The notes: generated by a model not told the origin, from the sequence alone. A stretch of DNA of 61,818 nucleotides from an uncultured Oscillospiraceae bacterium (GCA_964642795.1 CAZXRQ010000003.1:1-61818), one strand, 5' to 3'. Shown: positions 1-9,447, counted from the stretch's first letter. Numbers and translations are program-made.

Positions 1-1
1 A

Positions 2-2251
2 ACCCAGCAGCTGATCAAAAATAAAATACTCTCCAACGAGCAGTCCTATAAGCGCAAGATAAAAGAAGCATACCTTGCGCTGGAGGTGGAGCAGCTAATA
101 AGCAAGGACGATATACTCGAAGCGTATCTCAACGATGTGTATCTGGGCGATTCAAACTACGGTGTAAAGACCGCCGCCATGGATTATTTCGGCAAGGAGC
201 TGTCCGAGCTTACTATACGCGAGTGCGCCATGCTTGCAGGTATGGTGCAAAAGCCGTACCAAACCAACCCGCGCGCCAATACATACCTGCGCTTTTACGA
301 CGACGGCACTAATAAAATGGATATTACGAATAACCGTACCGACGTCGTTATAACCGCGATGTACGAGGCGGGCTTCATAACCTATGAGCAGTATGAGTCT
401 GCTCTCAACGATACCGTGACAATACTTGAGGAGTCCGAGCAGAAGCAGCTTTACGATATGCCTTATTTCGTGGAGTACGGCATCCGCGATATAGTAACGC
501 ATCTGCTGGAAAAGCGCGGTCTGCTCGCTACCGACGCTAACCGCACCGCCGTGGAGAACGAGCTTAGAAACGGCGGCTATGAAATATATCTCACGGTGGA
601 TACCGAGATACAGCATACCGTGCAGGACACCATAACCAACTGGGAGGATTATCCTGAGCTTGCCGATCCCTCCGGGGCGGAGGTGATATCCACAGGCAGC
701 GACGGCAACGTTACCGTGACCGTACAGCCGCAGGCGGCCGCAGTGGTGCTGGATCACAACACTGGCGAGCTTATCGCCATAGTGGGCGGACGGGAATCCC
801 CGACTATGCGCAAGCAGTGGAACCGTGCCTATCAAAGCTCAATGCCGGTGGGCTCTGCGATAAAGCCGATCGCGGTATACGGGCCTGCGCTGGATCTTGG
901 CGCATCCCCGGCGACCGTGATAGCTAATTTTCCTGCCGCAATAGAGGGCTGGGACAGCGAGAGCGGCTATCCGTCGATCGGCAGCGAGAAATACATAGGC
1001 CCCGTAACGCTCAGACGGGGCATAACGTCGTCGCTCAACGTGGTGGCGGCGCGGACGCTGCTTGAATACGTTGGGCTGGATAACTCCGCAACATACCTCG
1101 AAAATCTCGGGGTAGATCCCTCGCGCATAAACGTGGGCGGTTCCGGCCTTGCGCTGGGTACCAGCGGCATAACCCCCATAGAGATGGCCGCGGCATACGG
1201 CACCATTGCGTCGGGCGGTGAATACTTGGAGCCTTTGTCCTTCCTGCGCGTGGTGGATTCCAACGGTGAGGTCATACTGGACGCTGACGAGGTGCGGGAC
1301 TCACGCAGCGTGTTCAAAACCTCCACTGCGTATATGCTGGCGGATATGATGTGCGACGTGGTGGAAAAGGGCACAGGTACCGAGGCGCAGATAGACGGCA
1401 TTACCGTCGCAGGGAAGACCGGCACCAACTCGGATTATTCCAGCGTGTACTTTGCGGGTATGACATCGTATTATACGGCTACGCTGTGGATAGGCCATGA
1501 CGATTATTCATATAAGCTCAAAAAGGGCTCTACCGGCGGAGTTTACGCGGCGCCGCTGTGGCAGGCGTTTATGAGCGAGATACACCAAGGGCTGGCGGAT
1601 AAGCCTATAATCGACGAATCACCGTCGGAGCTGGGGCTTACCCAATGTACGGTGTGTTCACTCTCTGGCAAGCTTGCCACGGGCGCATGCTATCTTGATG
1701 CGGACGGGCATGTGCCGGTCACGGACTGGTTCGAAAAGGAGTTAGTACCGACCGAGCTGTGCGATATGCACATAGCCACCAGCATCTGTGCGGATTCCGG
1801 TCAGCCTGCGTCAAGCTACTGCCCAAACGTGATAGAATCCGCGAGCATAGTTGTGGTAGACCCGTACTGCATGTATGCGGAGTTCGATCCGGCGCTTGTT
1901 ATGCAGTACATCTCCAACGTGGTGTTCACCACCATGACCGCCGAGGAATATGCGGAAACCTACTATGCCAGCTCCCTGTGCTCTATGCATACCCCGTGGT
2001 GGCAGCAGAACCAAACCGCCGAACTGGATAATTTGATTATCCAGGCGCAGACGCTGATATATGAGGTGAACATCTACCTTAATTCTACGCAGAGCCTGTC
2101 CGAGACCGATAGAGCAACGCTGGTAAACGGCGTAAACATGCTGCAAACCCATATAGATGAGCGCGATCAAGCGCAGCTGCAAAACAGCTACGATCAGCTG
2201 CAATACAACTATACGGTGATCTCGATGGCGAACCCGCCGGTGGGCGGCTGA
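2..2251 (+). CDS. class A penicillin-binding protein (PBP1A-type transglycosylase/transpeptidase), 5' end outside window
   Basis: The frame is open to the window edge. TQQLIKNKIL..RKIKEAYLALEVEQLISKDDILEAYLN matches GT51 transglycosylase motifs. Transpeptidase SAIK (SxxK) and KTGT motifs are present, followed by a Cys-rich C-terminal tail. Confidence 0.9.
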   Translation, partial: TQQLIKNKILSNEQSYKRKIKEAYLALEVEQLISKDDILEAYLNDVYLGDSNYGVKTAAMDYFGKELSELTIRECAMLAGMVQKPYQTNPRANTYLRFYDDGTNKMDITNNRTDVVITAMYEAGFITYEQYESALNDTVTILEESEQKQLYDMPYFVEYGIRDIVTHLLEKRGLLATDANRTAVENELRNGGYEIYLTVDTEIQHTVQDTITNWEDYPELADPSGAEVISTGSDGNVTVTVQPQAAAVVLDHNTGELIAIVGGRESPTMRKQWNRAYQSSMPVGSAIKPIAVYGPALDLGASPATVIANFPAAIEGWDSESGYPSIGSEKYIGPVTLRRGITSSLNVVAARTLLEYVGLDNSATYLENLGVDPSRINVGGSGLALGTSGITPIEMAAAYGTIASGGEYLEPLSFLRVVDSNGEVILDADEVRDSRSVFKTSTAYMLADMMCDVVEKGTGTEAQIDGITVAGKTGTNSDYSSVYFAGMTSYYTATLWIGHDDYSYKLKKGSTGGVYAAPLWQAFMSEIHQGLADKPIIDESPSELGLTQCTVCSLSGKLATGACYLDADGHVPVTDWFEKELVPTELCDMHIATSICADSGQPASSYCPNVIESASIVVVDPYCMYAEFDPALVMQYISNVVFTTMTAEEYAETYYASSLCSMHTPWWQQNQTAELDNLIIQAQTLIYEVNIYLNSTQSLSETDRATLVNGVNMLQTHIDERDQAQLQNSYDQLQYNYTVISMANPPVGG

Positions 2252-2883
2252 TGGAGCAGCATGTAAGATGCGCGCTGAATGCGCTGTACGAGGCCGAACG
2301 GCTGCGGATTGCCGATATAGTCTCCGATAAAACCGGTGATTATTCGCATCCGGTGTTTGGCGATGGTGCGATAAATGCACGTATGATGCTAATAGGCGAA
2401 GCGCCTGGCCGCGAGGAGGCCGCGGCGGGCAGACCGTTCGTGGGGAAGGCGGGCGCTACGCTTTCGGAGCTGCTGGCGCTTGCGGATATTGAGCGCGGCG
2501 GGGTATTCGTAACCAACGCCGTTAAATTCCGCCCTACCGTCGTTAAACCGCGTACCGTATCAAACCGCGCGCCGGCCAAGGACGAGATAACCGCCGGACT
2601 GAATGTGCTGGACGGTGAGTTAACGCTCATTGCGCCGCGTATCGTAGCTACTTTGGGCAACACTCCGCTAAAGGCGCTGGCGCTGCTGGGCAGAATCGCA
2701 CCCTGTACGATAGGCGGTCGCCATGGCGCGGCCATGCGCGTAGCGGGGGCGGATTTTATACTGTTTCCGCTGTATCATCCGGCGAGCGCCATATACAATC
2801 CGGCGTTGCTGGACGACATGAAAAGGGATATAATCCAACTGGGTGGATTATATGCGGCTGAGAAAGGGGATGAGCCGGTATGA
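2251..2883 (+). CDS. uracil-DNA glycosylase family-4-like protein
   Basis: GEAPGREEAAAGRPFVGKAGATL (motif A) and LYHPASAIY (motif B) are present. The start overlaps the upstream stop (TGATG). Confidence 0.75.
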   Translation: MEQHVRCALNALYEAERLRIADIVSDKTGDYSHPVFGDGAINARMMLIGEAPGREEAAAGRPFVGKAGATLSELLALADIERGGVFVTNAVKFRPTVVKPRTVSNRAPAKDEITAGLNVLDGELTLIAPRIVATLGNTPLKALALLGRIAPCTIGGRHGAAMRVAGADFILFPLYHPASAIYNPALLDDMKRDIIQLGGLYAAEKGDEPV

Positions 2884-4025
2884 TGAAAAAATATAAATGG
2901 CTTGCGGCGTTGCTCTTGCTGCTTTCGCTTTGCATATGCACTACTGCGTTTGCGGAGGATGAGTCGCAGTACGGCCAGATCACCGCAGACGGCGTGAATA
3001 TGCGCGTGGCTGCGGATAAGGAGTCCGACGTGCTGTTCGAGCTGAACATTGGCGATACCGTCGAGGTGCTCGCCAACGAGGATAGCTGGTTCCGCGTTTT
3101 GTACAACGGCACGGTGGGATATGTTCGCAGCGATTATCTGTTTGTGGATTCCGGCGAGAGCCGCGGCGCGTATGTTTTGGAGGATGGCTCTATGCTGCGC
3201 GGCGGTCCGGATGCCAACTCATATGTAATAGAGGAGCTTTTGGCAGGACAGGGCGTAAGGATCAAAAGCGTTTTGGGAGAATGGTATTACGTCGTGGCGG
3301 ACGATCAGGCGGGCTATGTGTACCGCACGCAGCTCAGTATGACTAATTCCGACAGCGCCGCCGGCAGTATGCTCAAGCCCGGCATGGAGGGTGCGGAGGT
3401 AAAGCAGCTGCAAAACGCGTTGTGTGAGCGCGGCTTCCTGGCCCGCGTAAGCGTCAGCGGCGTATACGACAGTACTACCCGTGCCGCTGTGCTGGAGTTT
3501 CAGCAGGCGTGCGGGCTTTCTTCGGCGGACGGCATAGCCGGCCCCGAAACGCTGCAATCCATATACGACCGCAACAACAAGCTAAAAAAGGAGACCGCTA
3601 CCTACAACCAGCTCAAGGGCTCGGTAGTACTGCTGAATTGGTTTGATGGCGGCAACGAATGGCTCAATAAGGGCGCAAGATTCACGGTAACGGATGTGCG
3701 CACCGGCCTTAGCTTCCGCGCGCGCAGATTTGGCGGCTGGTATCATGCCGACTGCGAGCCGATAACCGCTGCCGATACCGCTATAATGAAGCGCATTGCG
3801 GGCGGCTCGTGGTCGTGGAACCGCAGACCGATCTGGGTCACATATAACGGCAAGACCGTGGCGGCGAGTATGCATTGTATGCCGCATATGGTGAACCCCA
3901 CGCCTAGCAATAACTTCGACGGGCACTTCTGTATACATCTGAAGGGCTCCAAGGTGCACGAGACCAGCGCCGAGTGCCCGCGCCATCAGGCCTGCGTTAT
4001 GGAGGCGTATCGCGCTGGACGCTGA
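2880..4025 (+). CDS. secreted SH3b / peptidoglycan-binding domain protein with uncharacterised C-terminal domain
   Basis: Signal peptide MMKKYKWLAALLLLLSLCICTTAFA. Two SH3b-like segments are followed by a PG_binding_1-like segment (LQNALCERGFL...GIAGPETL). ATGA overlap with the upstream gene. Confidence 0.7.
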   Translation: MMKKYKWLAALLLLLSLCICTTAFAEDESQYGQITADGVNMRVAADKESDVLFELNIGDTVEVLANEDSWFRVLYNGTVGYVRSDYLFVDSGESRGAYVLEDGSMLRGGPDANSYVIEELLAGQGVRIKSVLGEWYYVVADDQAGYVYRTQLSMTNSDSAAGSMLKPGMEGAEVKQLQNALCERGFLARVSVSGVYDSTTRAAVLEFQQACGLSSADGIAGPETLQSIYDRNNKLKKETATYNQLKGSVVLLNWFDGGNEWLNKGARFTVTDVRTGLSFRARRFGGWYHADCEPITAADTAIMKRIAGGSWSWNRRPIWVTYNGKTVAASMHCMPHMVNPTPSNNFDGHFCIHLKGSKVHETSAECPRHQACVMEAYRAGR

Positions 4026-4055
4026 CAAACCTTGGAACGCCTGTAAAGAATTCAT

Positions 4056-4079
4056 AAAAGCCGCCTTTGGCGGCTTTTT
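4056..4079 (+). terminator. rho-independent terminator
   Basis: AAAAGCCGCC-TTT-GGCGGCTTTT: a 10-bp stem followed by a T-run. Confidence 0.75.
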
Positions 4080-4087
4080 GCGTATGC

Positions 4088-4117
4088 GGATAATTTTTAC
4101 AGCGCTTGTAAATACTT
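4088..4117 (+). promoter_or_regulatory. possible forespore (sigma-G/F-like) promoter of the ger operon
   Basis: GGATA, then 18 nt, then AATACTT, compared with consensus GnATA-N17/18-CATACTA. It sits about 25 nt before the gerAA-type ATG. This is a weak match. Confidence 0.25.
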
Positions 4118-4140
4118 GCAGATATGAAAGGGGTGCTTGC

Positions 4141-5748
4141 ATGGCTGTATGGGATAGTATAAAGGCTGCGTTCAGCTTTGAAAACAGACCGCAGGAGTTT
4201 GAGCTGCTGGAAACGGAGCGCGGTGAACCGGGATTTTGGGGCGGATGGCGGGACGCTGCACCGCGAGAGTTCAGCACAGACGAGCGTGTGGCCGCGGATA
4301 TAGAGCAAAATGCCGAACGCTTGCGGCGTGAGTTTCGCATAGACATAAACCCGGATATAGTGCTGCGAAAATTTTCGCTGGGCGGCCGGGAAACGGCTAT
4401 GGCGGTATTTATCACGGGCATGGTCAACGGCGATGCGATAAACGATTTCATACTGCGCGCCGGCATGAGAAAGGATGTGCTGGACGGGGTAAACGCGCCG
4501 TATGCGGACTATCTTTGCAAGCATGTGTTTACCTTCTGTGAGGCGGCCAAACAGGAGACATGGAGCAAAATCCGTTCCGCAGTGCTGGACGGACTTACCG
4601 CCGTGTTCATAAACGGTGAAGAAGGTGCGCTGGTGATGGATACGCGCGGCTACGAGCATCGCACGGTGGACGCGCCGCAGAACGAAAAGACGGTGCGCGG
4701 CCCGCAGGAGGCCTTTTGCGAGAATCTGCGCACAAACATAACGCTGATACGCAGGCTGGTGCGCACGGAGGATCTTATATGCGAAATACGGCCTACCGGC
4801 GCGGATAACGGTACCAAGCTGGTTGTGATATACCGCGACGGCGTTGCAAATGCGGCGCTTGTAAACGAGGTAAAGCGCAGGCTTGCGTCCGCCAAAACGC
4901 GCGTGCTGCAAAACATAGGCGTACTGGAGCAGCTTACGGAGGCGCACCCGTTGTCTCCGCTGCCCCAGCTGCTTTCCACGGAGCGGCCGGATAGGGTGGC
5001 GGCTTATGTTATGCAGGGGCATGTTGCTGTGCTGCTGGATGGCAGTCAGTTTGCAAACATAACCCCTACAACGCTGCATACCCTTATGACCAGCCCGGAG
5101 GATGCGTATCTGCGACGCCCGCAGGGCACGGTGATACGTACCGTGCGTTATGTAGGCGCCGCTATCAGCGTGCTGCTGCCGGCATATTTTTTGTCGCTTG
5201 CGCTGCATCACCAGGGGCTGCTGTCGGTAGAGGTGCTGTCCACGCTGATAAGCTCACGCAAAATGGTGTTTGCGCCGCTGGGAACGGAAATGCTGTTTTT
5301 GCTTGTGGTGTTTCAATTGATACGCGAAGCGGGGCTTAGGGTGCCGGGCAGCATAGGTCAGGCCATAGGCATAATTGGCGGCCTTATACTTGGGCAGGCG
5401 GCGGTGGCGGCCAACCTTGCAAGCTCTGTGGTGCTGATAGTTGTGGCGCTCTCCGGGCTGGGCAATTTCTGCGTACCGGATTATTCTACGCAGATAGCGG
5501 TATCCATACTGCGGGTGATAATAACCATATCGGCATGGGCCGGAGGGTTGTTGGGCATGACGGGAGCGCTGGTGATAATACTTGCGTGGCTATGCTCGCT
5601 TAAGTCCTACGGCGTACCTTTCCTCGCGCCGTTCTCCCCCAAGACCTATTCCAAATATCCGCTGGTGCGGCGGGGGAGCATAACCCCGCATACCGAGGCG
5701 ACGGACTTTACCAATACCATGCAGGAGGCGGATGATGATAAGGCTTGA
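4141..5748 (+). CDS. spore germination protein, GerA-family A subunit
   Basis: Soluble N-domain followed by a C-terminal membrane domain typical of GerAA/GerKA (..LIREAGLRVPGSIGQAIGIIGGLILGQAAV..). RBS GAAAGGGG precedes ATG 4141. Confidence 0.85.
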   Translation: MAVWDSIKAAFSFENRPQEFELLETERGEPGFWGGWRDAAPREFSTDERVAADIEQNAERLRREFRIDINPDIVLRKFSLGGRETAMAVFITGMVNGDAINDFILRAGMRKDVLDGVNAPYADYLCKHVFTFCEAAKQETWSKIRSAVLDGLTAVFINGEEGALVMDTRGYEHRTVDAPQNEKTVRGPQEAFCENLRTNITLIRRLVRTEDLICEIRPTGADNGTKLVVIYRDGVANAALVNEVKRRLASAKTRVLQNIGVLEQLTEAHPLSPLPQLLSTERPDRVAAYVMQGHVAVLLDGSQFANITPTTLHTLMTSPEDAYLRRPQGTVIRTVRYVGAAISVLLPAYFLSLALHHQGLLSVEVLSTLISSRKMVFAPLGTEMLFLLVVFQLIREAGLRVPGSIGQAIGIIGGLILGQAAVAANLASSVVLIVVALSGLGNFCVPDYSTQIAVSILRVIITISAWAGGLLGMTGALVIILAWLCSLKSYGVPFLAPFSPKTYSKYPLVRRGSITPHTEATDFTNTMQEADDDKA

Positions 5749-6862
5749 GCAAGGACGAATAGGCGGGCAGGAGGCCGTAAGCCTTGTGGGTATGGCGCTG
5801 TATGTGAGCGTGGTGTTTTTGCTGGATTCGAGGCGTTCATACGAGTACGGCAACTCGACGTATGTGTGGGCGCCCTGTGCGGTGCTGTTGGCTTTTTTGA
5901 TATTTCTGCTTGCGGCATATGCCGTAAAGCGTGCAAAAAGCCGCAACCTGGCCGGACTGATGGATTTTGTGCTGGGCGGCGCAGGCGCGGCGGTAAGGGT
6001 GCTGTTTTCGCTGTACTTGCTCTATTCGGCGTACGCGCTGCTGGCGAAGTTTGCGGCAATAATGCGCAGCTTTATCTATATCGACGTACAGGTGCAGAAT
6101 GTGCTTGCGTGGATGCTGCCTCCGGTGGCGCTGCCGGCTATACTGGGCCTTGAGTGCCTGGGCAGGCTGGCAAAATGTATTGCCATGTTTGCGGCGGTGA
6201 TGATACTGTTGGGGTTTCTGGGGCCCATGAGCGATTTTGCGCTGTTTAGGATGTATCCGCTCATGGGGGACGGCGGTATGGCCGTGCTGAAGCATACTGT
6301 GCAGCATCAGTTCACGGCGCTGCCGGCGTTCATTGCGCTGCTCGCGGTGACGCAGGGTGTACAGGGAGAGAAAAACATGCGCAGGTACGGCGCTATCGCG
6401 GCGGGCGCGGCGGGCGGCATGGTGCTTATAACCCAGCTTGTGCTGGCGCTGACCTACACATATGCGGATCTGAGCGAGATGTTTGTTCCGCTGTACCGGC
6501 AGAATATGATGCTGATCGATGAAGGGTATTTTTACCGGCTGGATAAGATAGCGGCGTTTTTATGGCTCATGTGCAGCTTTGTAGCGGCGGCGTTCTACAT
6601 ATATTCCGCGGCGCTGCTGGTATGCGGCGAAAAGGGAGTACGGGATGTGCGCCCGGCGTCGGCCGCTATGACTGTTACTGTGTTTGCCTGCGTGCTTACA
6701 GGCAGCAGCAATACCGTGTTTATTTCAAGTCCCGTGCAGGAATGGATCGGCGAATACGGCTGTATACCCTTTGCAGCACTGATGCTGATAATTGCGGGGG
6801 CGGGGTTGATAAAGGCGCGGCTGCTGAAACGGCGGGGTGAGTGCGATGAAAAAGGTGCTTGA
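5732..6862 (+). CDS. spore germination protein, GerA-family B subunit (APC-like permease)
   Basis: Polytopic membrane protein of about 10 TM helices. It overlaps the A gene by 17 nt and occupies the position expected in an A-B-C operon. Confidence 0.8.
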   Translation: MMIRLEQGRIGGQEAVSLVGMALYVSVVFLLDSRRSYEYGNSTYVWAPCAVLLAFLIFLLAAYAVKRAKSRNLAGLMDFVLGGAGAAVRVLFSLYLLYSAYALLAKFAAIMRSFIYIDVQVQNVLAWMLPPVALPAILGLECLGRLAKCIAMFAAVMILLGFLGPMSDFALFRMYPLMGDGGMAVLKHTVQHQFTALPAFIALLAVTQGVQGEKNMRRYGAIAAGAAGGMVLITQLVLALTYTYADLSEMFVPLYRQNMMLIDEGYFYRLDKIAAFLWLMCSFVAAAFYIYSAALLVCGEKGVRDVRPASAAMTVTVFACVLTGSSNTVFISSPVQEWIGEYGCIPFAALMLIIAGAGLIKARLLKRRGECDEKGA

Positions 6863-8033
6863 GGCGCTGGCGCTGATACTGGCTGCCACAATGTGCGCGG
6901 GATGTCTCGGTGCAAGCGCGCTGGATCAGTACGGTTATGCCGTGATAGCAGGAGTGGACGCCGGAGAGCAGCTGCGCTACAAAGTAACGCTGATGCTGCA
7001 GCAGGACGAGCAGAGCAGCTCGGATCAGACTACCACGGGAGGCGCCATGGTGGTGACCGCCGAGGGCGATACCATAATGGAGGTGCTTGCGATACTGGAC
7101 GGCTGCTTGCCGTTTGAGCTGAATCTATCGCGTTTGAATCTGATGGTTTTCTCTGACGAGGTGGCAAAGAGTGGGGAGATGGAGCAGTTTTTGAGCTTTT
7201 CACGGAATAATCTGAGAATACGTCAATCCGTAAAGCTGGCCGTGGCGATAGAAAGCGCGGAGGACTTTATCAAGGGACTGGAGACCGGCGGCGAGCTGAA
7301 CCTTACCAAGCTGCAATACAGCTATATGCAGAACTTTACAGGCGAGGGGATGACTACGTCAATTAACCAGGCGCGGGCGCTGCAGGGCATACGCAGCGGT
7401 ACGTTTGACCCCGTGCTGACGCTGGGTCGGGTGGATAGGTCAGCCACGGCGGCGGAAGGAGGAGAGGAGCAGTCCGAGCAGTACACCACGGTGGGCATAT
7501 ACCGAAGCGGCGGCATACAGAGCTACACTTACGGCGTGGCGATATTTGACGAATGGAGCATGGTCGGAGCGCTTAGCGCAGAGGATACTATGCTGCTTCT
7601 GATGACCCTGGGGGTGTTTGAAGAGGGGCATATGAGCTATGCCGGCGAGGATGAAGAGCTGGTACTGCTGCTTAGAAGCAACGGCGGCCCAAAGGTGGAT
7701 ATACAGCTTGGCGACGTATGCCATGCAGACATAACCGTGCCGCTGCGCTGCGAAATACAGCAGGACGGGCAAAACAGCGCCAAGCTGCGCTGGGACGAGG
7801 GGGTATGCGAGGAGCTTTCCCGCTACATCGAAAGCGAGCTTACGCGCGTATATAACACGTGCCGCGAGCTGAACAGCGACGCGATGGGTCTGGGCAGATA
7901 TGCCGCTATGTGCTTTAATGATACCGCACAGTGGGAGAGCTTTGACTGGAAACGGCATTATATGGCTGCAACGGCCACGTTTACGGTGGAACTGGATGTG
8001 ATGGATATGTCTATGGCGGAGTATATGGAATAA
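6846..8033 (+). CDS. spore germination protein, Ger(x)C-family lipoprotein
   Basis: MKKVLEALALILAATMCAGC is a signal/lipobox-like N-terminus. The size and operon position fit a C subunit. Confidence 0.8.
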   Translation: MKKVLEALALILAATMCAGCLGASALDQYGYAVIAGVDAGEQLRYKVTLMLQQDEQSSSDQTTTGGAMVVTAEGDTIMEVLAILDGCLPFELNLSRLNLMVFSDEVAKSGEMEQFLSFSRNNLRIRQSVKLAVAIESAEDFIKGLETGGELNLTKLQYSYMQNFTGEGMTTSINQARALQGIRSGTFDPVLTLGRVDRSATAAEGGEEQSEQYTTVGIYRSGGIQSYTYGVAIFDEWSMVGALSAEDTMLLLMTLGVFEEGHMSYAGEDEELVLLLRSNGGPKVDIQLGDVCHADITVPLRCEIQQDGQNSAKLRWDEGVCEELSRYIESELTRVYNTCRELNSDAMGLGRYAAMCFNDTAQWESFDWKRHYMAATATFTVELDVMDMSMAEYME

Positions 8034-8185
8034 TGATCTGGTTTATGCTATTTGGAATGTGTGCGTGGGCGTACAGCGCGCTATATCTGATACACTGTAT
8101 TAAATCGCGCCGGGGAGTTTTGGCAGCGGCGGTTTTGTGCGCCGTCCCCGCGGCTCTTTTGATTTTTGCCTGGATATCACTGTGA
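8033..8185 (+). CDS. 50-aa two-TM micro-protein, candidate germinant-receptor D-type subunit
   Basis: The ATG overlaps the gerC-type stop (TAATG). The product MIWFMLFGMCAWAYSALYLIHCIKSRRGVLAAAVLCAVPAALLIFAWISL has two hydrophobic helices joined by KSRRG. Confidence 0.5.
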   Translation: MIWFMLFGMCAWAYSALYLIHCIKSRRGVLAAAVLCAVPAALLIFAWISL

Positions 8186-8192
8186 TTAGGTA

Positions 8193-8221
8193 TTGATGAT
8201 GCGCAGGCTGTGTGATAAAAT
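8193..8221 (+). promoter_or_regulatory. sigma-A-type promoter with extended -10
   Basis: TTGATG, 17 nt, then TGaTAAAAT. Confidence 0.5.
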
Positions 8222-8278
8222 ACATACGTAGCAGTGTATATATATGCTGCTCAGCCAAAACCAAAAGGGGCGATTTTT

Positions 8279-8509
8279 ATGGAGAAATATGGCAGGGATG
8301 AACGTATAACCTACGACCTGCTTCAGCAAATGAAGGCAAAGGCGCAGCTTATGCAAGAAGAACTGGACGCCGCGGGCGCTGATGCGCTTGCGACTACGGG
8401 CAATCTTACAGGCGTGCGGCTTAACGAGCAGTGTAACGAATACGAAAACTATGTGCTTACAATACAGCACCTTGAACAGCTGTTGGCAGAATCTGACGAA
8501 TGTAAATAA
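8279..8509 (+). CDS. small helical hypothetical protein (76 aa)
   Basis: RBS AAAAGGGG lies 8 nt before the ATG. The product MEKYGRDERITYDLLQQMKAKAQLMQEELD... has heptad-like helical character. Confidence 0.5.
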   Translation: MEKYGRDERITYDLLQQMKAKAQLMQEELDAAGADALATTGNLTGVRLNEQCNEYENYVLTIQHLEQLLAESDECK

Positions 8510-8552
8510 ACCATTAAGTCTTGTTGCAGACGCTTCTTTATCGATGGCGTGA

Positions 8553-8561
8553 TGATATAAT
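8553..8561 (+). promoter_or_regulatory. extended -10 element upstream of cdaA
   Basis: TGaTATAAT lies about 38 nt before the proposed TTG start. Confidence 0.4.
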
Positions 8562-8598
8562 CTATATTTGTCAAATAGAACGAAAGGCGGCAGACAGC

Positions 8599-9447
8599 TT
8601 GTCCTACGATGTGCTTGTAAAGACTATAACAAGTGGCTTTGCACAATTCAGGTGGAACGACGTGCTGGATATTGCTATAATCACTTTTTTGCTGTACCGT
8701 CTGATATTGCTCACCAAGGAGACCCGGGCTTATCAGGTGCTCAAGGGTGTGGCAGCTTTGTTTTTGCTGGCTGTGGCGAGCGACGCCATGCAGCTGACCA
8801 CGGTATCCTGGATGCTGAGCTCGGTGCTGGTAAGCGGGATAGTGGTGATAGTCGTGCTGTTTCAGCCGGAGCTGCGCCGTGCGTTCGAGCGTGTAGGACG
8901 CGGCAAGCTGATCCTGAGCGACGGCATAAAGGGCTTTACCGATGCGGAGGCCGCGCATACCATTCGGGAGATGCAGCTTGCGATAACCAGCCTTGCAAAG
9001 CGGCGCGTGGGCGCGCTGATAGTCATTGAGCAGCGTACGGGCCTTGCGGATATAGTGCGCACCGGCACGCGGATAGACGGCATTATCTCCGCCCCTCTGC
9101 TGGAAAACATATTCGAGCCAAACACCCCGCTGCACGACGGCGCGGTGATAATCAGCGGCGGCCTTATCGAAGCCGCGGCCTGCTTTTTGCCGCTGGCCGA
9201 AGATATTGCCGTAGCCAGGGAGCTGGGTACGCGCCATAGGGCCGCGCTGGGTATTTCCTCCGTGTCCGACAGCATAACAATCATAGTTTCCGAGGAGACC
9301 GGCGTGATATCCTGCGCAAGGGACGGCAAGCTTATGCGCTATATCGACGAAAAGGCGCTTAACAATCTGCTTTCGTCCATATTTGTGGTGGAGAAGGAAT
9401 CCTTCGCCTTCAACCTGTTCAAGCGGAGGAAGAAAAATGAAAACTGA
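8599..9447 (+). CDS. cdaA: diadenylate cyclase CdaA
   Basis: N-terminal TM helices are followed by a DAC domain (DGAVIISGG, LGTRHRAALGIS, SEETGVIS). The start is uncertain (TTG 8599, GTG 8611 or TTG 8521). Confidence 0.9.
   Translation: MSYDVLVKTITSGFAQFRWNDVLDIAIITFLLYRLILLTKETRAYQVLKGVAALFLLAVASDAMQLTTVSWMLSSVLVSGIVVIVVLFQPELRRAFERVGRGKLILSDGIKGFTDAEAAHTIREMQLAITSLAKRRVGALIVIEQRTGLADIVRTGTRIDGIISAPLLENIFEPNTPLHDGAVIISGGLIEAAACFLPLAEDIAVARELGTRHRAALGISSVSDSITIIVSEETGVISCARDGKLMRYIDEKALNNLLSSIFVVEKESFAFNLFKRRKKNEN

Noticed and set aside
4078-4140. N-terminal extensions suggested by the longest-ORF track. Examples are starts at 4078, 8234, 22527, 24077, 27404, 29654, 30549, 39252, 39503, 40501, 45314, 46593, 48484, 50524, 55323 and 60095.
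   Set aside because: In each case an internal start preceded by a good SD, or by a -10 box for the leaderless candidates, gives an N-terminus of the length and sequence typical for the family. The extensions read as non-coding sequence.
3997-5211. Long antisense or out-of-frame ORFs of 100-460 aa throughout the track. Examples: 3997-5211, 8449-9513, 12355-13452, 15473-16522, 32210-33169, 43666-45012, 52781-54157, 57803-58903.
   Set aside because: All overlap genes with clear family motifs. Their products are R/H/Y/Q/A-rich with no recognisable domains and no SD. Such open frames are expected by chance in GC-rich DNA.
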